Assembly: GCA_039028615.1 (NCBI GenBank)
Contig: JBCCHT010000080.1
Span: 1-17,491, forward strand
Direction of reading: 5' to 3'
Source: Myxococcota bacterium
GTDB lineage: Bacteria > Myxococcota_A > Polyangia > Nannocystales > Nannocystaceae
Length of the DNA: 17,491 nucleotides
The notes under the pieces are model-generated. The model made no database searches. It was not told the origin of the DNA and saw only the letters and a program-made list of their open reading frames with translations. This document shows positions 1 to 7,267 of the stretch, one piece after another; within the stretch, counting starts at the first letter, position 1; the number at the start of each line of letters is the position of its first letter. The position numbers and the translations under genes are program-made.

Positions 1-201
1 ACCACCGAGGCCGCCCGAGCCGAGCGCACCCGGAACATCGACATCGGCGTGGGAGCGGGGCTGGCCGTGGTGGGCATCGGCGTGGGCGTGGCGGGAGCGG
101 TGCTGCTGGCGCGAAGCAAGAAGGGCGCCGACGATCGGGTCTCCGTCTCGGGTGGCGCCCACCGACACGGCGCGATGCTCTCGGCCCGCGTTCGGTTCTG
201 A
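1..201 (+). CDS. Partial CDS (3' end): membrane protein C-terminus with one TM helix and a terminal beta-strand ending in Phe, as in myxobacterial PEGA/TPR-type proteins
   Basis: Frame 1 is open from the window edge to TGA 199-201: TTEAARAERTRNIDIGVGAGLAVVGIGVGVAGAVLLARSKKGADDRVSVSGGAHRHGAMLSARVRF*. Codons are G/C-ending. Not in the ORF track because the start is outside the window. Confidence 0.75.
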   Translation, partial: TTEAARAERTRNIDIGVGAGLAVVGIGVGVAGAVLLARSKKGADDRVSVSGGAHRHGAMLSARVRF

Positions 202-217
202 CGCGGGCGCGTCCGTC

Positions 218-1261
218 CTAGGGGCTGGCGCAGGTCAGGCCGCCGCCGTTGCCGATGCAAATGCTCGAGCAGCAGGCGGCGCTAGCGGTGCACGGCTGAC
301 CCGCCGCGATGCAGCAGTTGCTCGTCTCGAAGGCACAGTCGTCGGTGCAGTTCAGGTTGCCGCCACCAAAGCCCGGCAGGTCGACACAGCCCTGTCCGCC
401 GAAGTCGAGTTCGTCGCACTGCTCGGTGCCCTCTCGAATTCCGTTCCCGCAGAAGGTGCACGCGCTGGCGTCGATCTGGCAGCTCGCCGTGCACAGCAGC
501 GACCCCCCTGCCGTCGTCCCGGGCGGGGCGAAGGTGTCGCAGGTCAGCCCCTGAAAGTCGTCGCCATCGCACTCTTCTTCGTCTTCGGCGATGCCGTCGC
601 CGCACGCGAAGCACTCGCTGACGTCGAGGGTCAGGCAGTCCTTCGCGCAGGCGATCGTGCCCCCGTCGAAGCCCTGACGCTCGCACGACGACTCGATCAC
701 TTCGCCGTCACAGGCCTCGACCCCGTCGTGCACCAGACCGTCGCCACACGATGCCAGCAAGCAGCTGGGCAGGCAGGCCCCTTTGTCGTCGTTGCGGGCC
801 TCCCCGTCGTCGCACTGCTCGGGGGGCTGGATCAGGCCGTCGCCACAGCTCGGCGGGCGGCACGAGTTGGTGCAATCGTCGAAGTTGCTGTCGTTGCCGT
901 CGTCGCACAGCTCGGTCTCGGCGACGTAGCCGTCGCCGCACTCGTTGAGCTGGCAATCGTCGCGGCACGAGTCCCCTGTGCCGTTGGCGGGGCCGAGATC
1001 GCACGCTTCGTCGCCCTCCACGACACCGTCGCCACACTGAGACTCGGGCTTCTGGCTCGAGCTCCCGTCCAGCTCGCCCGACTCGGAGCGATCGCTGGCC
1101 GATCCCAGGCCCGTGGTCGTCGTGGTGGAGGGCTCCCCACCGGTCGACGACTCGTCCTGCCCCAGCGGCGAAGGCAGCGAGGGCAGGCCGACGCAACCCG
1201 ACACGGCGACAGCGACGGCGGGGACGAGCGTGGTCGCAATCGAGCGAAAACGAATGGCCAT
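218..1261 (-). CDS. Cys-rich repeat lipoprotein (myxobacterial cysteine-rich repeat / DUF4215-like), 347 aa
   Basis: ATG at 1261 with GGAG 7 nt upstream. Signal peptide with lipobox-like VSGC, Thr/Ser/Gly linker, six CG(D/N)G..E.CD repeats, C-terminal C-C-CC-C-C motif. Confidence 0.9.
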   Translation of the reverse strand: MAIRFRSIATTLVPAVAVAVSGCVGLPSLPSPLGQDESSTGGEPSTTTTTGLGSASDRSESGELDGSSSQKPESQCGDGVVEGDEACDLGPANGTGDSCRDDCQLNECGDGYVAETELCDDGNDSNFDDCTNSCRPPSCGDGLIQPPEQCDDGEARNDDKGACLPSCLLASCGDGLVHDGVEACDGEVIESSCERQGFDGGTIACAKDCLTLDVSECFACGDGIAEDEEECDGDDFQGLTCDTFAPPGTTAGGSLLCTASCQIDASACTFCGNGIREGTEQCDELDFGGQGCVDLPGFGGGNLNCTDDCAFETSNCCIAAGQPCTASAACCSSICIGNGGGLTCASP

Positions 1262-1371
1262 GGCAGGCTCCAACGAGACCACTCATTGACGCCAGCGCCA
1301 AGGCCGAGCTTCACGATCGCGATCACGGTGCGACGACGGAGAGCACGAGCCCTCCGCAGGCGCACTTTCGC

Positions 1372-2697
1372 TCACGGGGCACAGATGTCGGCGACGCAGT
1401 TGTCGCTGCAGCAGTCCCCGTTGCCCCCGCAGTCCTCGCCATCGACCAGGCAGCAGTTGGTGAGGTCGTAGTCCTCGCAGGTCGGGCTACAGCCGAGGTC
1501 GCCGCCGCCGAACATGGCGGGATCGAGGCCGACGCAGGTCTGCCCCTGGAGATCGGCGCCGTCGCAGACCTCCATGCCCTCGATGGCTCCGTCACCGCAC
1601 TCGGTGCACATCGAGGTGTTGAAGTTGCAGCTACCGTTGCACGACAGCGTGCCGCCGTCGAAGCCCGGCAGGCCCGCGCAGGTCTGACCGCCCAGATCGG
1701 CGCCGTCGCACTGCTCCGACCCCTCCTGAGTGCCGTCGCCACAATCGGTACACATCGAAGTGTTGAAGTTGCAGCTGCCGTTGCACGACAGCGAGCCCCC
1801 GTCGAAGCCCGGCAGGCCCGCGCAGTTTTGGCCCGCGAGGTCGGAACCGTCGCACTGCTCCGGGCCCTCCGCCACGTCATCACCACAGAAGGTGCAATCG
1901 CTCTCGTCGATGGTGCACGCGGGCGTGCAATCGAGGTCTCCGGCGGGCGTGGTGCCGCCCGGCGCGAAGTCGGAGCACGAGAGACCACCGAACTCGGTCT
2001 GATCGCAGTCCTCGCTGGCCTCCAGCACCCCGTTGCCGCACTCGAAGCACGCGCTGGTGTCGATGCTCAGGCAGTCCTTCGCGCATACGACCACGCCGCC
2101 GTCGAAGCCCTGGTCGACGCACGTGGTGCTCACGTTGGCGCCGTCGCAGACCTCGGTGCCCACCTGCACGAAACCGTCACCACAGCTGGCGGTGACGCAG
2201 CTGGGCAGGCACGCTCCGGTCTCGCTGTTGCCGGCTCCGTCGTCGCACTGCTCGGGCGGCTGGGTCACGCCATCGCCGCAGCTGGCCGGACCGCACTCGT
2301 TGGTGCACTCGTCCTCGTTGTTGGTGTTGCCGTCGTCACACAGCTCGCCCTCGGCGACATAGCCGTCGCCGCAGACGTTCATGACGCAGTTGTCGCGACA
2401 TGCGGCCCCATCTACGCCGTTTTGACCGTCACCCAGGTCGCACTCTTCGTCGCCCTCGGGCACGCCGTCACCGCAGACCGGTCCGAGCGGCGGGCCCGTG
2501 GTGTCGTCGCCGGAACCCGAGCCGTCGCTGGTGCCGTCGTCGAGGGTCGGCCCGCTGGTGGTGCTGGACGACGCGGTCGTCGAACTCGCGCTCCCCAGGG
2601 TCTCGTCGATGACCTCGCTGGGGGTCGGCGTGCACGCCCCGAGCACGATCGCCCAGGCAATGATCGGTCCTCCGAGAGTTCTGAAGCGCAAAGTCAT
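1372..2697 (-). CDS. Cys-rich repeat lipoprotein (DUF4215-like), 441 aa, paralog of 218..1261
   Basis: ATG at 2697 (MTLRFRTLGG...) with AGGA upstream. Lipobox LGAC, Ser/Thr linker, eight CG(D/N)(G/D) repeats collinear with the neighbouring paralog. The 51-codon ORF-track extension to 2850 looks non-coding. Confidence 0.9.
   Translation of the reverse strand: MTLRFRTLGGPIIAWAIVLGACTPTPSEVIDETLGSASSTTASSSTTSGPTLDDGTSDGSGSGDDTTGPPLGPVCGDGVPEGDEECDLGDGQNGVDGAACRDNCVMNVCGDGYVAEGELCDDGNTNNEDECTNECGPASCGDGVTQPPEQCDDGAGNSETGACLPSCVTASCGDGFVQVGTEVCDGANVSTTCVDQGFDGGVVVCAKDCLSIDTSACFECGNGVLEASEDCDQTEFGGLSCSDFAPGGTTPAGDLDCTPACTIDESDCTFCGDDVAEGPEQCDGSDLAGQNCAGLPGFDGGSLSCNGSCNFNTSMCTDCGDGTQEGSEQCDGADLGGQTCAGLPGFDGGTLSCNGSCNFNTSMCTECGDGAIEGMEVCDGADLQGQTCVGLDPAMFGGGDLGCSPTCEDYDLTNCCLVDGEDCGGNGDCCSDNCVADICAP
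1601..1888 (-). repeat. Intragenic tandem duplication, 2 x 144 bp (48 aa)
   Basis: 1601-1744 and 1745-1888 both encode E-Q-C-D-G-x-D-L-x-G-Q-x-CAGLPGFDGG-x-LSCNGSCNFNTSMCT. The DNA copies begin tcggtgcacatcga / tcggtacacatcga. Confidence 0.9.
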
Positions 2698-2717
2698 GTC
2701 AAGCGAGTCCTGGCCCG

Positions 2718-2726
2718 ATGGTAACA
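2718..2726 (-). promoter_or_regulatory. Putative extended -10 promoter element (TGtTACCAT)
   Basis: TGn-TAnnnT on the minus strand, 20 nt upstream of the ATG at 2697. Confidence 0.35.
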
Positions 2727-2952
2727 GGGAGCCGTTGCCCGTGGCGGGGGCTGGGGGCCGCATTTGCCCGCGTCCAACTGAGCGGCAAGACCTGCACACT
2801 GGCCGCGAGCCGCGACTGGCGGCCGCCGCTCCGCTCGGGTCCGTGGGCACGGGTCCAACCGATCCGGCCCCGGTACGAGGGCTGTGGGGTCCCCCCCGAA
2901 CGCGACGAAACGAGCGCAGGGAGACTGTCCGCGTTGATACGGAGCCGGTCTC

Positions 2953-3804
2953 CTAGGGCCCCGTCGGGGCCCGGCTCCATTGCGGCAGCGACAACAACAG
3001 CTCGGTGGGCTCGCGGTCGCCGTCGTCGAGCACCGAGCGCAAAACGGAGGCCGGAGTGAAGAACAGGCGCTTGCCCTGCTCGGAGTCGGCCCCGCCCAGG
3101 ATGCCCAGGACCCGATTGGTGCGGGCACTGAGCACGGGCGTGCCGCTCTGCGACTCGAGGGTGATGGGCTCGTCCAGCGCGACCTCGACCACACCGAGGG
3201 TGGCCGCCGTGACCCGACCGGTGCGCACGACGTGGCCGTAGTCGACATCGTCGCTCTTGTCGGGGAACCAGACGTCCTCGCCCACCTGGGGGACTTCGCG
3301 GGAATCGAGCTCGAGGCTCTGCAGGTCGACCGCGTCGATCGGCATCACCAAATAGTCGTCGCGAAAGTCATCCCCGTGCTCGCCGAGGGCCGGACCCATG
3401 GGCCCCCACGCGTGCGGGGTGGTGGTGAGCTTGTCGAGCTTCGGGATGGAGCCCAGCGCCACGCGGGCCAGCGGCGTGGGGCTGGGCGCGATGAAGTGCG
3501 AGCTGGTCACGGCGAACGAGCGCCCCCCGTGCTCGACCACGAAGCCCGTGCCCTGCACCGTCACCGAGTCGTCCGACCACACCAGCACGGGCTGGAACAG
3601 CGTGGCCCGCTCGCGATCGACCACCGCGGGGGCGAGGCCGTCGACCCCCACCTCGGGCTCGGCGTCTTCGGTGGCCGCGACCTCGTCGGTCTCGGGCTCT
3701 TCGCCGCGTGGCCAGGCGAAGTAGAGGAACGGGCCGAAGATCGCCGCGCACCCGACGACCGCGAAGGCCATCCCCGTTCGATCGTTCTTGCGCGGCCGCG
3801 GCAT
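2953..3804 (-). CDS. Membrane-anchored trypsin-like serine protease, 283 aa
   Basis: N-terminal TM helix and acidic linker, then GTGFVV, VTSSHF (His), DDYLVM (Asp) and SQSGTPV (Ser) motifs followed by VLGI. No PDZ domain. Confidence 0.8.
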   Translation of the reverse strand: MPRPRKNDRTGMAFAVVGCAAIFGPFLYFAWPRGEEPETDEVAATEDAEPEVGVDGLAPAVVDRERATLFQPVLVWSDDSVTVQGTGFVVEHGGRSFAVTSSHFIAPSPTPLARVALGSIPKLDKLTTTPHAWGPMGPALGEHGDDFRDDYLVMPIDAVDLQSLELDSREVPQVGEDVWFPDKSDDVDYGHVVRTGRVTAATLGVVEVALDEPITLESQSGTPVLSARTNRVLGILGGADSEQGKRLFFTPASVLRSVLDDGDREPTELLLSLPQWSRAPTGP

Positions 3805-3820
3805 CGGGAAATGAGAGGCC

Positions 3821-4240
3821 CTAGAGCTTCTCGGACGCGATGCCGACGCGATCGATCCCCGCCTCGTGGGCGGCGGCCATCACTCGAATGACCCAGCCGT
3901 ACTTGGCCTTGTCGTCGCCCTTGATGGCGATCTTGCCGTCGGTCTGCGCCTTCTCGTTGTTCTGGAGCTGCTTGACCATCGCGTCGTAGTCGCTGGCCAG
4001 CGGCTCCTTGCCCAGTCGCGCCTTGCCGTCAGCCCCGATGGTGACCAGCAGGGTCGCATTGGGGTCGCTGGGCTGCTCGACCGACGCATTCTTGGGCACG
4101 TTGATCGGGATCTTCTCGTTGGGCGGCTTGGGTGACGCCACCATGAAGATGATCAACAGCGACAGCAGCACGTCGACCATGGGAGTGACGTTGATCTCGA
4201 CGAGCGTGTCGTCTCCGTCGTCCTGGACTTGGGCTCCCAT
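3821..4240 (-). CDS. exbD: Biopolymer transporter ExbD/TolR family protein, 139 aa
   Basis: Signature EINVTPMVDVLLSLLIIFMV with the conserved TM Asp, and C-terminal IKGD..AKYGWVIRVM......GI..VGI. ExbD cannot be distinguished from TolR by eye. Confidence 0.93.
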   Translation of the reverse strand: MGAQVQDDGDDTLVEINVTPMVDVLLSLLIIFMVASPKPPNEKIPINVPKNASVEQPSDPNATLLVTIGADGKARLGKEPLASDYDAMVKQLQNNEKAQTDGKIAIKGDDKAKYGWVIRVMAAAHEAGIDRVGIASEKL

Positions 4241-4336
4241 CGGCGCCGCCAGGATACGTCAACCCCCGGGCATGGACCAGGTGCGTGGCCGCAGGGCCCC
4301 GTTTGCGGCAGGCTTGGCCCTTGGAAGGGACCTGCG

Positions 4337-5143
4337 ATGAAGCTCGAGACGCGCGTCTATCACCTCCTGCAACCCGCCAACGACCACGAGCGCCAGGCCA
4401 GCCGCCGGGTCGACACCTTCATCGTGACCCTGATCTTGGTGAGCCTCGTCGCCGTGGTGCTCGAGAGCGAGCCCGAGATCCGCTCCCTGTGGCCGAGCCT
4501 CTTTTTGATCTCCGAGCTGGTCATCGCGGTGCTATTCGCGATCGAGTACGTGGCGCGGGTCTGGTCGATCACCGCCGACCCTCGCTATGCGCATCCCGTG
4601 TGGGGACGACTGCGATTCGCCCTGACTCCGATGGCGCTGGTCGACCTCATCGCCTTCCTGCCCTCGCTCGTGCTCTATGGATTGGTCGACCTGCGAATGC
4701 TTCGGCTGCTGCGGTTGATCCGGTTGACCCACCTGCTCAAACTCGCCCGCTACTCGCGAGCCGCCTCGCTCATCCGCCGCTCGCTCATCCGGCACCGCGA
4801 AGAGCTCACCCTGTCGTGCCTGCTCGTCGTGATCCTGATGCTGATCGCGTCGTCGATCATCTACTTCGTGGAGCAAGACGTGCAGCCCGAGCACTTCGGC
4901 ACGATCCCCCGGGCCATGTGGTGGTCGGTGATCACCCTCACCACCGTCGGCTACGGTGACGTCTACCCCATCAGCGTCGCCGGGCGGGTGGTGGCGGCAG
5001 GGATTGCAGTCTTGGGCATCGGCATGGTCGCCTTGCCCACAGGAATCATTGGAGCCGGCTTCATCGAGGAAATCCGCAACGACCAATCCAAGGCGACCCC
5101 GTGTCCCCATTGTGGAAAGTCGCTCCACGATCCGCCCGAGTGA
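4337..5143 (+). CDS. 6-TM voltage-gated potassium channel (ion transporter), 268 aa
   Basis: Selectivity filter TTVGYGD, pore helix AMWWSVIT, S4 LRMLRLLRLIRLTHLLKLARY, C-terminal CPHC. ATG at 4337 after GAAGGGA. Confidence 0.95.
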   Translation: MKLETRVYHLLQPANDHERQASRRVDTFIVTLILVSLVAVVLESEPEIRSLWPSLFLISELVIAVLFAIEYVARVWSITADPRYAHPVWGRLRFALTPMALVDLIAFLPSLVLYGLVDLRMLRLLRLIRLTHLLKLARYSRAASLIRRSLIRHREELTLSCLLVVILMLIASSIIYFVEQDVQPEHFGTIPRAMWWSVITLTTVGYGDVYPISVAGRVVAAGIAVLGIGMVALPTGIIGAGFIEEIRNDQSKATPCPHCGKSLHDPPE

Positions 5144-5291
5144 AATTCCGGCACTGCGGATCACGACTCGCGGGGGCATGGTCGCAGGGCCCACGATCCT
5201 TCACAGCGCCTGTGACGCGGCGGCGCCGGTTCCTCACGCCGCAATCGGTCCGCCAACGGGGCCGTAGGCTTCGAAGCACGCCCAGCTTCCG

Positions 5292-5297
5292 TACAAT
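5292..5297 (+). promoter_or_regulatory. Putative -10 box TACAAT of a leaderless or near-leaderless transcript
   Basis: TACAAT lies 8 nt before ATG 5306 with no Shine-Dalgarno in between. TTCGAA is 16 nt further upstream. Confidence 0.45.
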
Positions 5298-5305
5298 GCT
5301 CAATC

Positions 5306-6466
5306 ATGAAGGCTTTGGACTATCGACTCGTCGCATTGGTGTGCGTGCCATGGACGCTCGCCGGCTGCCCCACCGAAGAAGTACCGGTCAATAGCGACGG
5401 CGATTCGGGCGGGTCCACGGCAACGACCGACGCCGCGACGTCGGACCCGACGCCGCCCGCCGAAGAGACGGGCGACACCCCGACGCCCGCCACGTCCACC
5501 ACCGACGCGGCGACCACCGACGGAGAGTCCACGGCGAACAACGACGTCACCGGTCAGCCCGGCACCGACGACGGCTCCGGCGGGACCCCGACCATCTGTG
5601 GCGACAACGTCATCGAAGGCGACGAAGTCTGCGACCTCGCCCAGCTCGGCGGGGAGACCTGCGAGTCCCTCGGCTTCCAGGGCGGCCAGCTCGGCTGCCT
5701 GCTGACCTGCGACGAGTACAACACCCTCGGTTGCTTCATCTGCGGCAACGAGGTGGTCGACATCGCCGAGGACTGCGAGGTCACCGTGCCCGAGGAGGTC
5801 ACCTGCGAAACCCTCGGATTCCAGGCCGGAGAGGTCACCTGCGGCAGTGATTGCCTCTTCGACGTCAGCGAGTGCTCGATCTGCGGCGACGGCATCGAGC
5901 AAGGTCCCGAGCAGTGCGACGGGGTCGATCTGGCGGGCGAGACCTGCGAGACCCTCGGCTTCACCTCCGGCGTCTTGGGCTGCAACGTGCCCACCTGCGG
6001 CTTCGACTACTCCGGCTGCGAGGGCGGCCAGTACACCCAAGACTTCGAGGGCGGCCTGGTGCTTCCCCCCGAGTTCAGCGTGGACGCCACTTCCCCTTGG
6101 GCCGTCGACGCGCTCGACCCCATCAACGGGATCTACTCCGCGCGCTCCGGCTCCTTCCCGGCCGGCGTCGGCGGCATCACCAACCTGACCCTCACCGGCT
6201 CCTTCCCGGTCGACGGCCAGATCAGCTTTTGGCACATCGAGCAGAGCGCGGCGGGCATCGACTTCCTCGAGTTCTATGTCGACAACGTGTTCCAGACGAG
6301 CTGGTCGGGCCTCACCACCGCGGCCGAGTACGTGGCCCCGGTGACCGCGGGCGAGCACACCTTCCAGTGGCGATTCAACCGAGCCGGCTTCCTCGACAAG
6401 GGCGTCAACGCGGTATGGGTCGACGACATCATCCTCGACGGTGGTGTCCCCACGGTTGCGCCTTAG
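5306..6466 (+). CDS. Lipoprotein with three Cys-rich CG(D/N) repeats and a C-terminal beta-sandwich (adhesin/MAM-like) domain, 386 aa
   Basis: Lipobox LAGC, Thr/Asp linker, repeats CG..(E)..CD....GETCE.LGF..G.L.C...C, then a Cys-free domain QDFEG...SARSG...ISFWH...DFLEFYVDN...WSG...GEHTFQWRF...VWVDDII. Confidence 0.88.
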   Translation: MKALDYRLVALVCVPWTLAGCPTEEVPVNSDGDSGGSTATTDAATSDPTPPAEETGDTPTPATSTTDAATTDGESTANNDVTGQPGTDDGSGGTPTICGDNVIEGDEVCDLAQLGGETCESLGFQGGQLGCLLTCDEYNTLGCFICGNEVVDIAEDCEVTVPEEVTCETLGFQAGEVTCGSDCLFDVSECSICGDGIEQGPEQCDGVDLAGETCETLGFTSGVLGCNVPTCGFDYSGCEGGQYTQDFEGGLVLPPEFSVDATSPWAVDALDPINGIYSARSGSFPAGVGGITNLTLTGSFPVDGQISFWHIEQSAAGIDFLEFYVDNVFQTSWSGLTTAAEYVAPVTAGEHTFQWRFNRAGFLDKGVNAVWVDDIILDGGVPTVAP

Positions 6467-6487
6467 GCTCCTGAACAAAAGTCAGCC

Positions 6488-6520
6488 GACGCCGTCGCGA
6501 CTTCTGCTCGCGGCGGCGTT
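6488..6520 (+). terminator. Putative terminator hairpin
   Basis: GACGCCGTCGCGA / TCGCGGCGGCGTT 13-bp stem with two G-U pairs and a 7-nt loop, 21 nt after stop 6466. The U tail is weak. Confidence 0.45.
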
Positions 6521-6677
6521 GTGCGTTTGAGCGACTTGCGCAGGCCGGCTCCGTCGTCGACCGGCCGTCGGCGGACCGGAACTGTCCGTGCTGCACGTAG
6601 CCCGTGTCACATGCGGAGGCGCTCGAGGGATGAGCCGCGTGTCGACGATGGGCATCGCCGCGTACGGTTGACCCCAG

Positions 6678-7130
6678 GTGTTCGCGCTCCCGTCACTGTT
6701 GGCCGTCGTCACCTTGGCGGCTCCACCCGAAGCCACCATCGACCGGCAGACCCCTGCGTGGCAGCTGCCCAAGCTCGAGTTCTCGCGGCCGACCACGCTG
6801 TGGATCCTGACCCCGCGTCGGTTCGGCACGTGGCGCATCATCGGCTCGAGCTTCGGAGGCAACGGCTGCCGCGGCGCCACCATGGGCCTGGACTGCGGTC
6901 CGCTCCAAGGCATCCAGCTCGGGACCTCGTACCAGCCGCAGCGGGTCCCGTTTCAGCTGTTCTCCTTGGCGGGGTGGAGCCGGCCCAACCAGTACGATCG
7001 GACTCAGGTCGACCTGGCCCCGACCTCGACCTCGGCTCCGAAGAGCGACTACAACGTCACGTTCGGACTGCGGCTGGATGAAGGCGCGCTGAACCTGCGG
7101 CGGCGTGTCTCGAACCTCCGACGACGCTAG
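6678..7130 (+). CDS. Hypothetical exported protein, 150 aa
   Basis: GTG start, signal-like N-terminus (FALPSLLAVVTLAAPP), G/C-ending codons, amphipathic beta-strand-like segments (GIQLGTSY, YNVTFGLRLD). Fills the gap between assigned genes. Confidence 0.6.
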   Translation: MFALPSLLAVVTLAAPPEATIDRQTPAWQLPKLEFSRPTTLWILTPRRFGTWRIIGSSFGGNGCRGATMGLDCGPLQGIQLGTSYQPQRVPFQLFSLAGWSRPNQYDRTQVDLAPTSTSAPKSDYNVTFGLRLDEGALNLRRRVSNLRRR

Positions 7131-7267
7131 AACGCTGTCTCAACCCCGTCCTGTCCCGATCGTCGGTCGCCAGCAATCGTTGGCGATTCCAAGGCATCAC
7201 GTACTCACTCTTGGCGGGGCTCTCGGCCGCCAGCGGGGCGGATCCGAGGAGACCTCGCGGTCGACGG

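Noticed and set aside
152..1471. 439-aa plus-strand ORF and other long antisense ORFs (1828..2724, 2980..3891, 5300..6478, 7766..8977, 9773..10885, 15443..16195)
   Set aside because: Shadow frames opposite well-supported genes. They are expected in high-GC DNA and show no motifs.
1601..1888. Repeats as a CRISPR array or DGR template/variable pair
   Set aside because: They are in-frame coding repeats without unique spacers. The differences are not adenine-specific, and there is no cas or reverse transcriptase gene in the window.
2920..2953. Imperfect hairpin (GGAGAC..TCCG/CGGA..GTCTCC) after the protease stop
   Set aside because: The stem is interrupted, has no U tract and abuts the stop codon, so it is too weak to call a terminator.
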